DNA of 64,000 bases, taken from positions 1-64,000 of the forward strand of contig JANOQV010000149.1 of NCBI GenBank assembly GCA_031414955.1, read 5' to 3'. A model generated the notes under the pieces. The model ran no database searches and was not told where the DNA came from. It saw nothing but the letters and a program-made list of their open reading frames with translations. Position numbers and translations under genes: made by a program. The DNA is from Pedosphaera sp. Its GTDB lineage: Bacteria; Verrucomicrobiota; Verrucomicrobiia; Limisphaerales; SIBH01. Position 1 is the stretch's first letter. Every line of letters starts with the position of its first letter. Positions 38,869 to 49,879 of the stretch are shown in pieces.

Positions 38869-38896
38869 AGAATATCGAATGAGAATTTTGAGTCAA
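38869..38896 (-). promoter_or_regulatory. Putative sigma70 promoter of pgk-tpiA-secG
   Basis: Minus strand TTGACT-N16-TATTCT, 16 nt before the pgk ATG. Confidence 0.5.
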
Positions 38897-39055
38897 AAGG
38901 AATTCCGTCCTTTGGAGGACGCGCGCCGTGCGTCGGTTTGAAAATGGCGGAACGGCGCTTGCCTTGCCGGACAAAATGAAGCACACCAGTTCCATCATAA
39001 ACGCGGGGCGGCCAAACCCTGACCCAAGAGCGACAAGGCCTGCTCCGCCGATGAC

Positions 39056-39919
39056 ATGAGTGGTCCGAACACATCAATCCGGTCCAGCCGCGCGCTCCTG
39101 ATGGGGCTGGTGACCGCGCTAGCGGTGGTCTTGATCATTGTCGGTGCCTGGCTCTTTCGTGACCGGTGGCGGGGTGGAGTCGGAACATCCCCGGATCTGA
39201 AGGCCAGCATCCGTAAATTTTTGCGAAAGGAATCCGGCGTCAAAGTCTTTTCCCTGCCGTCAGAACCTCCTGCGGGCGAAATCATTTCTGCCGTCACGAA
39301 CAACCCCACTTCCACGACCAACAAGTCGGGCCGAGTTCGCACGGCCAAAGTCGCCCGGCTGGGTCTGCCTGGATCAGCCTGGTCAGCCTACTTTCGCGCC
39401 GAACAAGAGCAGGCCACCACCTATCAGGACATGTACCGGCTCATCGGGCAGCAGTTGGCCCAAACCGACCGGTTGCTCACGAATGCCAGTGCGCAAGAGC
39501 AAATCACGGGGCTGTTCCTGGCCGGCGAAGCCAGCGCCTACGCCCGCACCAATACGGTGAATCCCTGGCTCGGAGCGCGTATCTGCGAAGCCTACCTTTG
39601 GCCCAACCTCAGGCTGGTGGAGACGAACAAGAGCGGCCAGTTCGTTTCCGACTCGCTGCTCAATCTCTGTGATGTCGCCTTCAAGGAGGCGGGCGAGACC
39701 AACAACATCATCAAGAATTACGAGCTGCTGATCGCCCAGAGCGCCCGCACGGCGCAGGCCGACATCCTGCATTACCGGCTCGGGCGCCTCTACATGGACA
39801 TGGGTGAGAATCAAAAAGCGTTGATCCAGTTCCAGCAGATCAAGAGCCGGACGGCGCGCATGGATCGGGATCTCAACGCTCTTCAAGTGCTTCTGGGCGC
39901 GGCCAAGTCCAAGCCCTGA
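39056..39919 (+). CDS. Hypothetical membrane-anchored protein with a C-terminal TPR-like repeat
   Basis: N-terminal TM helix; HYRLGRLY..MGE..KAL..F motif. Confidence 0.7.
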   Translation: MSGPNTSIRSSRALLMGLVTALAVVLIIVGAWLFRDRWRGGVGTSPDLKASIRKFLRKESGVKVFSLPSEPPAGEIISAVTNNPTSTTNKSGRVRTAKVARLGLPGSAWSAYFRAEQEQATTYQDMYRLIGQQLAQTDRLLTNASAQEQITGLFLAGEASAYARTNTVNPWLGARICEAYLWPNLRLVETNKSGQFVSDSLLNLCDVAFKEAGETNNIIKNYELLIAQSARTAQADILHYRLGRLYMDMGENQKALIQFQQIKSRTARMDRDLNALQVLLGAAKSKP

Positions 39920-40029
39920 ACGGCTTTCCCTCTCGAGACACTCTGGATTACCTCATGGAATTGATGTGACACCCGTCCGGGAATTCTGTACCAACGCTCC
40001 TGTTTCCCAAAACAAACACGCCCTGCGTT

Positions 40030-43000
40030 ATGAATGCCAAAAAACTCTTGTGCTCGCTCGTCCTCCTCTTTCTTTGCGCCTGCTTCGCCCACGCGGCGGA
40101 CAACGTCCTCATCACCGAGTTCCTGGCCGCTAATGACGGCACCCTGCGCGATGAAGATGACGACGCGGAGGACTGGATCGAACTGCACAACGCCGGCACC
40201 AACACGGTGAACCTGCTGGGCTGGTTTCTCACCGACAACGTCGCCCAGTTGACCAAGTGGAGTTTCCCCTCCACCAACCTGCCACCCAACGCCTACCTGA
40301 TCGTCTGGGCCTCGAGCAAAAACCGCCGCGTGCCGGGCGCGCCCTTGCACACCAACTTCCGGCTCAACAATGGCGGCGAATATCTCGCCCTGGTGCGGCC
40401 TGATGGGGTGACGGTCGCGTCCGCCTTTGCCCCGGCCTTCCCGGTGCAGGTCGAGGGCGTGGCTTATGGCATCACCACCATCCAGACCAATGTCACTTTG
40501 CTGCCCACCGGCGCGCTGGCCCGCGTGCTGGTGCCGACCGATGGCTCGCTCGATCCAATCTGGATCACGCCGGGGTTCATCGACACGTCGTGGGCGCCGC
40601 TGCCCACCGGCGTGGGCTTCGAGACGGATGGGCTGGTGCCGTTCGTGCCGGTGACCAATGCGAACTCCGTGACGGAATTCTCCGGCGTGCAGGGCCAGAA
40701 CAACTGGTGGTACGGTTACTGGGACAAGGATGCGGACGCCAACGGCCAGTATTCCGACGCCGACTTCGTGGCCTTTCCCAGCGGCGGCGGCGGATGGAAC
40801 CCGGGCAATTACTGGACCGGCTCGATCTGGGACTGGTTCGCCGGCGATCCGCCGTTCACGCAACTGACCAGCCAGGGCGGACGGCCCAGCGCCGAGAACG
40901 GCATCACCTCGCGGCCGGTGCATTGGGCGGTGCGCCGCTACGTGAATGAGTTCGACGGGCCCATCACCATCAGCGGCACCATCACCCATACCAGCGACTG
41001 GGTTTATGTGACGCAAACCGGCGTGGCCGGGACCGGACTGCTCTACCTGTATCTGGACGGCGGCGGCGAGGGCTACATCGACGACGTGAAGGTCGTCTTG
41101 GGATCGGTGCCCGAATCAGGGGCCAACTTGATCACCAACGGCGACTTTGAAACCGGTGCGATCACGCCGTGGACCACCACCGCGAACACGGCCGGTTCCG
41201 CCGTCACCACCGCCTTCAAACACGCCGGCGCGCGTAGCCTGCGGCTGGCCACCGTGCAGGCCGGCTCGACGCAGGGCGATTCCGTCTGGCAGCCCTTCAC
41301 CGTCACGGTCGGCGCGACTTACTCCTTGAGCTACTGGTTCCTGCCGGTGCCGAACAATCCCGCCGGCACGGTGCGCGCGTCCGGTTCCTGGTTCAACACC
41401 TCATCCCGTTCAGCGGGCGACGGCACGGTGGCGCGCATCTTTGTCGATGGCGTTCAGGTCCATCAGCAAACCGCCTATGTCTCGAGCAACACCTACTCGG
41501 TCACGGTGCCGGCCCATCTCGGATCGAAGATTGACCTCGCCCTCGACGCCGGGGCCGCGAACCACGACCTCGGTGACTTGACGGTCTTCACGGCCACGAT
41601 CGCCACGGGGAATCCGCTCATCACCTCCGTGGCGGATGCTGCGGCGGACTGGTCGTTCAGTGGCGTGCAGGGAGAGAAGAACTGGTTCCAAGGCTACTAC
41701 AACAAGAACACCGACCCGGACTTGATCTATCAGGCCACCAACTTCATTGCCTTCCCGCGCAACAACGGCCCCCACGGCTCGAACAATTTCTGGGACGGCC
41801 AGGAGTGGGACTGGCCGAGCGGCGATCCGCCCTTCGACAAGATCGGCCAGTACTGGATGATCCCCAACGGCACCAACAGCGGCGCGCATCACTGGACCAT
41901 CCGCCGCTGGGTCAGCGAAGTGGCGGGCGACGTGACCGTGACCTGGTCGGCCTTGAAGGAGTATCCCGATCAAAACAACAGCGGCGGCGGCGGAGTGAAC
42001 GTGCGCGTGCTGCACAAGGGCGTGCAGCGTGACTCGGCCTTCATCGCGGGCGGCGATACGGTGGGCGTGCAACGCAGTCTCACCCTCACCAACGTGCAGG
42101 TCGGCGACGCCATCGACCTCGCTTTGGACCCGACCGATGGGAACGGCGTCTCGGACGATGACACGGATCGCACCTTGGTCACGATTTCGATGCGCGGCTC
42201 GCCCAGCCTGACCAGCCTTATCACTTCGGGCATCGCCGGCTCGATGCTGGGCGTGAATGCGTCGGCCTATCTGCGCCTGCCTTTCAACGTCACGGATGCC
42301 TCCGTGCTCAACGTGCTGACGCTGCGGATGAAGTTTGACGACGGCTTCGTGGCTTACTTGAACGGGGTGGAAGTGGCGCGCTTCAACACGCCGCTGACTG
42401 TGGCCTGGGATTCCAGCGCCGCGTCGGCCCGGCCTGATTCGGACAACAACGAGTGGACGGAATGGAATCTCACTTCGTCGCTCGGCCTACTGCACAACGG
42501 CACGAACGTGCTGGCCATCCAGGGTCTGAATGTGGACATGGACGACGGCGATTTCCTGATCCTGCCCGAGTTAATCGCCGCGACCGCGACGTTTGACCTC
42601 GGCTCGCCGCGCTACTTCGTGCTGCCGACGCCCGGCGCGCCCAACGGCACGGGCAACACCAATCTCGGTCCAGTCATCACCGACGTGTCCCATTCGCCGT
42701 CCGTTCCGTTGGACCACCAGAATCTCTACGTCACGGCGCGAGTGGCCCCGACATTTTATCCGGTCGCTTCGCTCAGCCTCATCTACCGCGTGATGTTCAG
42801 CAACGAAGTGACGATTGCGATGTTCGACGACGGCGCGCACGGCGACGGCCTCGCGGCGGATGGCGTGTTCGGCGCGTTCATCCCGGCGGCGGCGGCCGGG
42901 CCGGGCGAGTTGCTGCGCTACTACATCTTTGCCACGGATTCCCAGGCGAACCCTTCGCGCTCTCCGAGCTTCCTCGAACCCAAAAATTCTCCGCAGTATG

Positions 43001-46000
43001 AAGGCACGGTGGTCATCAATCCCGGCCTGACCAATCCGCTGCCGGTCATGCAGCTCTTCGTGCTGGATCAGGTGGCGGCCACGAACTACGCCGGCACGCG
43101 CGGGACGATTTTCTGGGACGGGGAACTGTTCGACAACATTGAGGTGAGCGCGCACGGCCAGACGACCTGGTTTGTGTTTCCCAAGCGCAGCATGAACTTC
43201 AATCTCAACAGCGGCTACAAGCTGCGCCCGCATCCCGGCTGGTCACGCGTGAAAGCCTTCGACCTGCTCACCACCGCCGCCGACAAGGCTTATCTGCGCA
43301 TGTCGCTCGGCTTTGAAACTTTCCGCAACGCCGGCGTGCCCACGCACGACGCCTTCCCGGTGCGGCTCCAGCAAAATAACGCCTTCCACAGCGTCATGCA
43401 CTTCGTGGAACAGGCCAACGAGGACTTCCTCGAGCGCAACGGACTCAGCCCGACCGGCGCGCTTTACAAGATCTACCTCCAGTTGACCGACGCCTACACT
43501 GGGGCCAAGAAGCTGACGCGCAAGAACGAGCCAAACGACGATCTCCAGGCTCTGCTCAACGGGCTGGACTTAAACCAGCCGGCCGCCGAGTTCCGGGCCT
43601 ACATGTTCGACAACATGGACATCCCCGAGGTGATCAACTTCATGGCCACGATCCAGCATGTGCAGAACGAAGACTGCTGCGGGAAGAACTTCTTCATGTA
43701 TCGCGACACCGCCGGGAACGGCGAGTGGCAGTTGCTGCCGTGGGATCTTGATCTGACTTTCGGACGCGTGTTTACCGCCTGGCAGCAGGTCGGGACCAAC
43801 CTGACCGGCGGCTATTACAACACCAACCTCTACGCGCAGAACCTCTACTACTCGCAGGCCCGCAACGCCTCCGACTACATCGGGGTCGGCACGCACCTGC
43901 CCAATGCCATCCTCTCCTGGTCGGACACGCTCGCCATGTTCTATCGCCGCTGGACGACCATCATGGAGGAGATGTTGCAAAAGACCGGGACGCACCCGCT
44001 GGCCTTGAAGCTGGAGAACCGGCTCGATGAATACGCCGCCCAGATCGCGCCGGACGCCGCGCTCGATCTGCTCAAGTGGCGGCCCATGAACCCGCCCGCG
44101 TTCCTGCTCGATCAAACGCTGCCGCAGGCCGTGTCGCTGATGAAGACGAGCTACTTCGCGCCGCGCCGGCCGTGGATCTTCAACACGCTGGCCTTCGCCA
44201 ACAACGGTCCCTACGTCGGCACCCAGCCGAGCAACGCGGTCATTAACTTCGGCGTCATCGAGTTCAACCCCGCCTCCGGCAATCAGAGCCAGGAGTACTT
44301 CACGCTCCTCAACCCCAACAGCTACGCGGTGGACATGTCCGGCTGGAAACTCAGCGGCGCGTTGGAGCACACCTTCAAGGGCGGCGTGGTCCTGCCTCCC
44401 GGCGGCGTGCTCTACGTGTCGCCGGACGTGAAGGCCTTCCGCGCCCGCACCACCGGCCCCTCCGGCGGACAGGGCTTGTTTGTGCAGGGCAATTACAAAG
44501 GCAGTCTCTCGACGCGCGGTGAGTCGCTTCAGTTGGTGGACAACACCGGACGCTCCGTGGCCGCGACGAATTACACCGGCACGCCCAGCCTGGCGCAACA
44601 ATACCTGCGCATCACCGAGATCATGTATCACCCCGCGCCGCCGCCGCCGGGCCTGAGCACCAACGCCGACGAGTTCGAGTTCATCGAGTTGAAGAACGTC
44701 GGGCCGGCCCCGCTCAGCCTGATTGGAGTGAGGTTGACCAACGGCGTGTTCTTCAACTTCACCGGCAGCGGTGTCACCAACCTCCTGTCCGGCGCGAATG
44801 TGGTGGTGGCGCGCAACCTCGCGGCCTTCACCTCGCGCTACGGCGGCGGCGTCCCGGTCGCCGGGCAATGGATCGGTCAACTCGACAACAACGGCGAGAC
44901 CATCCGCCTCGAAGACGCCGCCGGGGAAAAGGTTCTCGAGTTCGCCTACAACAACACTTGGTACCCGATCACGGACGGCGAGGGCTTCTCGCTCGTCATC
45001 GTGAACGAGAACGCCGCGTGGGACACCTGGGGCTTGAAGGAGAGCTGGCGGCCCAGCAGCCGCGAGCGTGGTTCGCCCGGCACGAACAATCCGGCCTTCG
45101 ATCTCATCGCGCCCATCCGGATCAATGAGCTGACCTCGCACACCGTGCCGCCCGCGCTCGACACGGTGGAACTCTACAATCCCGCCGGCACGAACGTGGA
45201 CATCGGCGGCTGGTTTCTGACCGATGACTTCCTCAGCCCGCGCAAATATCGCATCCCGAACGCGACCATCATCACGGCAGGCGGGCGCCTGCTGCTCAAC
45301 GAAGATCAATTCAACCCGACCAATCCGCCCTCGCCCACCGGCTTCGCCTTCAGTTCCACCGGCGACGAGGTCTTTCTGTTCTCGGCCACCACGGCGGGCG
45401 ACCTGACCGGATACTATCACGGCTTCGACTTTGGTGCGGCGGCGGCGGGCGTATCATTCGGCCGCCATGTGACCAGCGTGGGCGCGGAACATTTCGTGGC
45501 CCAAACCTCCCTCACGCTGCCCGGAGTCAACGCCGGGCCGAAGGTTGATTCCATCGTCATCACCGAGATTCATTACCATCCGCCGGACCTCGCGGGCGGG
45601 GAGGACAACTCGGACGACGAATTCATCGAGCTGAAAAATCTTCAGCCCACCAGCACGCCGCTGTTTCATGCGGGCTTCGCGACCAACACCTGGCAGGTGC
45701 GCGGCGGAGTGGACTTTGATTTCCCGACCAACGTGACGCTGGCCGGGAGCGGCTACCTGCTGCTGGTGAACTTCAATCCCACCAACACGGCGCAGGCCGC
45801 TGCGTTCCGCGCGCGCTTCAACGTCCCCGTCGGCGTGCCGCTCTTTGGCCCCTACTCGGGCAAGCTGGACAACAGCAGCGGCTCGGTGCGCTTGCAGCGA
45901 CCGGACGCGCCGCTGGCCGGTGACGTCCCCTACATCCTGGTGGACGCGGTGGATTACCTCGACGCCGCGCCGTGGCCAATCGGAGCCGATGGGAATGGCG

Positions 46001-47283
46001 CGTCCTTGCAACGCCTCATCGCCACGCAGTACGGCAACGATCCCATCAACTGGATCGCCGGCACGCCCGGACCGGGTCGCGCGCCCGTGGCCGGCACGCC
46101 GCCGGCCATCACCACCCAGCCGCTCACGCAACTGGTTCTGGCCACCGCGCCGGCCATCTTCACCGTGGCAGCGAACGGCACCGCGCCGCTCCAGTATCAA
46201 TGGCAGTTCAACGGCGCGTCCATTCCCGGGGCCACGGGTTCCACGCACACCATCAGCTTTGTCCGCGTGACCAATGCCGGGGTTTACAGCGTCACGGTCT
46301 TCAATGGAGCCGGGGCCGCGCAGAGTTCCAACGCGCTGCTCTCGGTCGGATACGGACCGTACTTCACGACCAGCCCGACCAATGTCGGGGTGCGCTCCGG
46401 CCTGAACGGCACGCTCGTAGCCTCAGCCTTTGGCACCGGGCCGATGACCTTTCAATGGCTCTTCAACGGCGGCACCCCGCCGGGTAACGTGAGTTCCACC
46501 GCGAGCAATTCCACCCTCACCATCACCAACATGCAGCCCAGTTCCGCCGGCACCTACGTCGTGCTGGCCACGGACAGCATCGGCACCGTGCCCAGCACGC
46601 CGGCCGTCGTCACCTACCTCGTGGACCCGATCATCATCGTGCAACCCCTCAGCCAGAGCACGGCCCCGGGGGCGAACCTGACCCTGAGCGTGGTCGTCTC
46701 CAACAGCGCCTCGCTTCCGATCGGCTACCGCTGGCGGAAAAATGGCTCCGCCATCACCAACGGCATGCAGGTGCTCAACCAGTTCACATCCTTCTTCATC
46801 GTGACCAACGCCCAATCGCCCGCCGGCACTTACTCGGTGGTGGTGACCAACGCCGCGCGCCCCAGTGGCGTGACCAGCGCCGGAGCCATCATCACCGTGC
46901 TGACCGACACCGACGGCGACGGCCTCCCGGACGCGTGGGAAAATGAATTCGGCCTGGCCGCCGGCAACAACGCGGATCGCGACCTCGACGCCGACGGCGA
47001 CCGCATGAGCAACTGGGCCGAGTACATCGCCGGCACCAACCCGACCAATGCCTTGAGCTACCTGCGGGTGGACGCGCAGTCGGTCGGACTGGGGGCCACG
47101 GTTTCCTTTGGCGCGATCTCGAACCGCACTTACACCGTTCTTTTCGCCGACGGCCTGGAGGGCGCGCCCTGGCTCAAGCTGGGCGATTTCGTCGCCCGCA
47201 CCAACAACCGCGTGGAGGTGCTCAACGATCCGGCCTTCACCACCGGTCGCTACTACCGCGTCGCGACCCCGCGGCAGCCGTGA
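40030..47283 (+). CDS. Giant secreted protein: lamin-tail domains, CotH-like kinase domain, Ig-like repeats
   Basis: Signal peptide; repeated I(T/N)E...(D/E)(W/F)IEL.N LTD motifs; KNFFMY...W..LPWDLDLTFG CotH motif; P.ITTQP / YQWQFNG Ig motifs; DTDGDGLPDAWE. Confidence 0.88.
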   Translation: MNAKKLLCSLVLLFLCACFAHAADNVLITEFLAANDGTLRDEDDDAEDWIELHNAGTNTVNLLGWFLTDNVAQLTKWSFPSTNLPPNAYLIVWASSKNRRVPGAPLHTNFRLNNGGEYLALVRPDGVTVASAFAPAFPVQVEGVAYGITTIQTNVTLLPTGALARVLVPTDGSLDPIWITPGFIDTSWAPLPTGVGFETDGLVPFVPVTNANSVTEFSGVQGQNNWWYGYWDKDADANGQYSDADFVAFPSGGGGWNPGNYWTGSIWDWFAGDPPFTQLTSQGGRPSAENGITSRPVHWAVRRYVNEFDGPITISGTITHTSDWVYVTQTGVAGTGLLYLYLDGGGEGYIDDVKVVLGSVPESGANLITNGDFETGAITPWTTTANTAGSAVTTAFKHAGARSLRLATVQAGSTQGDSVWQPFTVTVGATYSLSYWFLPVPNNPAGTVRASGSWFNTSSRSAGDGTVARIFVDGVQVHQQTAYVSSNTYSVTVPAHLGSKIDLALDAGAANHDLGDLTVFTATIATGNPLITSVADAAADWSFSGVQGEKNWFQGYYNKNTDPDLIYQATNFIAFPRNNGPHGSNNFWDGQEWDWPSGDPPFDKIGQYWMIPNGTNSGAHHWTIRRWVSEVAGDVTVTWSALKEYPDQNNSGGGGVNVRVLHKGVQRDSAFIAGGDTVGVQRSLTLTNVQVGDAIDLALDPTDGNGVSDDDTDRTLVTISMRGSPSLTSLITSGIAGSMLGVNASAYLRLPFNVTDASVLNVLTLRMKFDDGFVAYLNGVEVARFNTPLTVAWDSSAASARPDSDNNEWTEWNLTSSLGLLHNGTNVLAIQGLNVDMDDGDFLILPELIAATATFDLGSPRYFVLPTPGAPNGTGNTNLGPVITDVSHSPSVPLDHQNLYVTARVAPTFYPVASLSLIYRVMFSNEVTIAMFDDGAHGDGLAADGVFGAFIPAAAAGPGELLRYYIFATDSQANPSRSPSFLEPKNSPQYEGTVVINPGLTNPLPVMQLFVLDQVAATNYAGTRGTIFWDGELFDNIEVSAHGQTTWFVFPKRSMNFNLNSGYKLRPHPGWSRVKAFDLLTTAADKAYLRMSLGFETFRNAGVPTHDAFPVRLQQNNAFHSVMHFVEQANEDFLERNGLSPTGALYKIYLQLTDAYTGAKKLTRKNEPNDDLQALLNGLDLNQPAAEFRAYMFDNMDIPEVINFMATIQHVQNEDCCGKNFFMYRDTAGNGEWQLLPWDLDLTFGRVFTAWQQVGTNLTGGYYNTNLYAQNLYYSQARNASDYIGVGTHLPNAILSWSDTLAMFYRRWTTIMEEMLQKTGTHPLALKLENRLDEYAAQIAPDAALDLLKWRPMNPPAFLLDQTLPQAVSLMKTSYFAPRRPWIFNTLAFANNGPYVGTQPSNAVINFGVIEFNPASGNQSQEYFTLLNPNSYAVDMSGWKLSGALEHTFKGGVVLPPGGVLYVSPDVKAFRARTTGPSGGQGLFVQGNYKGSLSTRGESLQLVDNTGRSVAATNYTGTPSLAQQYLRITEIMYHPAPPPPGLSTNADEFEFIELKNVGPAPLSLIGVRLTNGVFFNFTGSGVTNLLSGANVVVARNLAAFTSRYGGGVPVAGQWIGQLDNNGETIRLEDAAGEKVLEFAYNNTWYPITDGEGFSLVIVNENAAWDTWGLKESWRPSSRERGSPGTNNPAFDLIAPIRINELTSHTVPPALDTVELYNPAGTNVDIGGWFLTDDFLSPRKYRIPNATIITAGGRLLLNEDQFNPTNPPSPTGFAFSSTGDEVFLFSATTAGDLTGYYHGFDFGAAAAGVSFGRHVTSVGAEHFVAQTSLTLPGVNAGPKVDSIVITEIHYHPPDLAGGEDNSDDEFIELKNLQPTSTPLFHAGFATNTWQVRGGVDFDFPTNVTLAGSGYLLLVNFNPTNTAQAAAFRARFNVPVGVPLFGPYSGKLDNSSGSVRLQRPDAPLAGDVPYILVDAVDYLDAAPWPIGADGNGASLQRLIATQYGNDPINWIAGTPGPGRAPVAGTPPAITTQPLTQLVLATAPAIFTVAANGTAPLQYQWQFNGASIPGATGSTHTISFVRVTNAGVYSVTVFNGAGAAQSSNALLSVGYGPYFTTSPTNVGVRSGLNGTLVASAFGTGPMTFQWLFNGGTPPGNVSSTASNSTLTITNMQPSSAGTYVVLATDSIGTVPSTPAVVTYLVDPIIIVQPLSQSTAPGANLTLSVVVSNSASLPIGYRWRKNGSAITNGMQVLNQFTSFFIVTNAQSPAGTYSVVVTNAARPSGVTSAGAIITVLTDTDGDGLPDAWENEFGLAAGNNADRDLDADGDRMSNWAEYIAGTNPTNALSYLRVDAQSVGLGATVSFGAISNRTYTVLFADGLEGAPWLKLGDFVARTNNRVEVLNDPAFTTGRYYRVATPRQP

Positions 47284-47436
47284 CGTTACACTCCTGGGGC
47301 TTGGCCGGGTCGAGGCACCCGGTCCGGCCCGGAGGGACAGGATGAGTTCCAGCCTGGCGACGGTGTTCCGCCGGGCACCGCGAGGATTCAAATAACGGGG
47401 CTGGATTTTGCCGGGGCCGCTCGGCATTTTATTCCC

Positions 47437-47790
47437 ATGAAATTGATTTTGTCGGCGCACAACGTAACGCTCACCAAGGCGATCGAGGATCACATCCTCG
47501 ACAAACTCGACAAACTCGACCAGCTCGACCGACGCGCCATCGACGCCCGCATCACCCTTGAACACGACACGGCCAAGGCCACGGACAAGAGTTTCAAGTG
47601 CTCAGTCCGCCTGGATGTGCCCGGTCCGGATCTCTACGCGGAGGATTGCGAGAAGGATCTTTATGCCGCCATCGACGTGGTGATGAAGAAGATCGCCCAG
47701 CAAATCCGCAAGCGGCACAACAAGCACAAGGCCCGCAAGCATGGCGAGGCCTCGGCTTCCAAGCGCCGCCGGCAGGAAGCGGACATCTAA
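47437..47790 (+). CDS. hpf: Ribosome hibernation promoting factor (HPF/RaiA family)
   Basis: HNVTLT.AI..HI..KL.KL and DLYAAID.V..KI..QIRK. Confidence 0.9.
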   Translation: MKLILSAHNVTLTKAIEDHILDKLDKLDQLDRRAIDARITLEHDTAKATDKSFKCSVRLDVPGPDLYAEDCEKDLYAAIDVVMKKIAQQIRKRHNKHKARKHGEASASKRRRQEADI

Positions 47791-47879
47791 ACCCGGGCGG
47801 CGGTTGTGGAGTTTCCGATTTCCAGGGCGGGCCGCAGGACCAAAAACGCGCCACTCGAAACGCGAGACTTCAGACTCTC

Positions 47880-49121
47880 ATGCTGCTTCGCGCGCACACG
47901 GTTTTACCCATCGTCACGCCGCCGATTGAGGACGGTGCGGTCCTCATTCACGGCGGGCGCATCCTGAAGGTCGGGCGGTGGCTCGATCTGGTCCGCGATT
48001 ATTCCGGACCGACCACGGATCTGGGCGGGGTCATTCTCCTGCCGGGCTTGATCAATGCCCACTGCCATCTCGATTACACCGACATGGCCGGCCAGATCGG
48101 GCCGACCCGGCATTTCTCGGATTGGATCAAATCCATCGTCATGCTCAAGGCGGAGTGGAGCTACACGGACTTCGCCCTCTCGTGGCTCCAGGGCGCGAAG
48201 ATGCTCCTGCATTCCGGCGTGACCACGGTGGTGGACATTGAGGCGGTGCCTGAATTGCTCCCCGAGGCCGCCACCGCCACACCGCTGCGCGTCATCTCCT
48301 GCCTGGAACTGCTTTCGGTCCGCAGCCGCGCTCATCCCGACGAGCGGATCAGCGAAGCCTTGCAACGGCTGCGGAGGTTTCCCGCCGGGTTCGGCGGGCT
48401 GTCGCCGCACGCGCCGTATTCGACCTCGGGCGAATTGCTCCGCGTGTGCGCCGCCGCCGCGCGCGAGAACGACTGGCTGCTGACCACGCACGTCGCGGAA
48501 TCGGCGGACGAGTTTGAGATGTTCCGCACGGCGCGCGGCGCGATGTATGAATGGCTGCACCAGCAGCGCGACCTGAGTGACTGCGACGGCCGCTCGCCCG
48601 TGGAACACCTGGAGCGTTGTGGCGTGCTGGGGGCGAATCTGCTGGCCGTTCACGCCAACTATCTGGCCGAGGGCGATGCGGCCCGGCTGGCGCGCCACAG
48701 CGCCAGCGTCGTGCATTGCCCGCGCAGCCACCGCTTCTTCGGCCATCAGGATTTTCCTTTCGAGGAACTTTCCCGGGCCGGCGTGAACTTGTGCCTGGGC
48801 ACGGACAGCATGGCGACGATGGCGAAGCTCCGGGGCGAGCCGCTGGCGTTGGATTTATTTTCCGAGATGCGGACCTTCGCCCGGGCGCACCCCGGGATTC
48901 CGCCCTTGTCCATTCTCGAAATGGTCACCCGACAGGCCGCGCGAGCCATCCGACAGACCGGCGAACTGGGCGTCATTGCGCCCGGTGCTTGCGCCGACTT
49001 GATCGCGCTGCCCCGGCAGGAGGGGACGGATGAACCCGGCCAATCCGTGCTGGAACACCGCGGCGATGTGGCCGCTTCGATGATTGGGGGCCGATGGGTG
49101 CTGGGCCGGCCTCGGGCATGA
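47880..49121 (+). CDS. Metal-dependent amidohydrolase (nucleoside deaminase-like)
   Basis: PGLINAHCHLD, SPHAPY, THVAES..E, HCPRS, LGTDS, G.IAPG..AD. Confidence 0.88.
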   Translation: MLLRAHTVLPIVTPPIEDGAVLIHGGRILKVGRWLDLVRDYSGPTTDLGGVILLPGLINAHCHLDYTDMAGQIGPTRHFSDWIKSIVMLKAEWSYTDFALSWLQGAKMLLHSGVTTVVDIEAVPELLPEAATATPLRVISCLELLSVRSRAHPDERISEALQRLRRFPAGFGGLSPHAPYSTSGELLRVCAAAARENDWLLTTHVAESADEFEMFRTARGAMYEWLHQQRDLSDCDGRSPVEHLERCGVLGANLLAVHANYLAEGDAARLARHSASVVHCPRSHRFFGHQDFPFEELSRAGVNLCLGTDSMATMAKLRGEPLALDLFSEMRTFARAHPGIPPLSILEMVTRQAARAIRQTGELGVIAPGACADLIALPRQEGTDEPGQSVLEHRGDVAASMIGGRWVLGRPRA

Positions 49122-49837
49122 GCGCCAACCCCACCAAGGTCGTCTTGATCACCGGTGCGGGTGGCGGGTTGGGCCGCGGGCTGACGGAGGAATTCACCCG
49201 CCAGGGCTGGCAGGTCATCGCGGGCTTCCGACAGAGCACCGCCGAAGCGCCGTTGGAAAATGTTTTTCCTCTCGAACTCGACGTGACGCGGACGGCGGAA
49301 CTGGATCAATCCATCCTGGCCTTGACCAAACGCTTCACGCGTATTGACGCGCTCATCAACAACGCCGGCGTGACGGCTGACGCCACGCTCGCGCAACTCG
49401 GCGATGAAGACTGGGACCGTGTGCTGAACATAAACCTGCGCGGGGCCTTCGCCTGCGCCCGTGCGGTCGCGCGAACCATGCTGCGCCAGCGCGACGGGCA
49501 CATCATCAATATCTCCAGTCACGCCGGGCGTTGCGGCGCGCGCGGCCAGTCGAACTATGCGGCGGCCAAAGCCGGTCTGCTCGGGCTGACCCAAGCGCTG
49601 GCCCGCGAACTCGGCCCGCGCAACGTGCGGGCGAACGCCGTGCTGCCCGGAGTCCTCCCGACCAGGATGACGGCCCAACTGAGCGCGGAGCAACTGGAGG
49701 GGTTGGCCCAAGCCAACGTGCTGGGCCGGATCAATGCGCTCGACGAAGTGGCCCGCTTCATCGTCTTCCTCGCCGGCACGCGCAACATTTCCGGCCAGAT
49801 TTTCCAGCTCGACAGCCGCATTGCGCCGTGGACGTGA
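49118..49837 (+). CDS. Short-chain dehydrogenase, 3-oxoacyl-ACP reductase (FabG)-like
   Basis: TGAGGGLG, NNAG, NISS, GQSNYAAAKAG, NAVLPG. Confidence 0.88.
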   Translation: MSANPTKVVLITGAGGGLGRGLTEEFTRQGWQVIAGFRQSTAEAPLENVFPLELDVTRTAELDQSILALTKRFTRIDALINNAGVTADATLAQLGDEDWDRVLNINLRGAFACARAVARTMLRQRDGHIINISSHAGRCGARGQSNYAAAKAGLLGLTQALARELGPRNVRANAVLPGVLPTRMTAQLSAEQLEGLAQANVLGRINALDEVARFIVFLAGTRNISGQIFQLDSRIAPWT

Positions 49838-49879
49838 GAGCGGAGCGCAGGCATTCTGCCCGCGAGTTCCAAAACCTTG

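Noticed and set aside
47284..47436. tRNA or known ncRNA in this and other intergenic gaps (e.g. 52753..52946)
   Set aside because: No cloverleaf, T-loop or riboswitch consensus recognisable by eye
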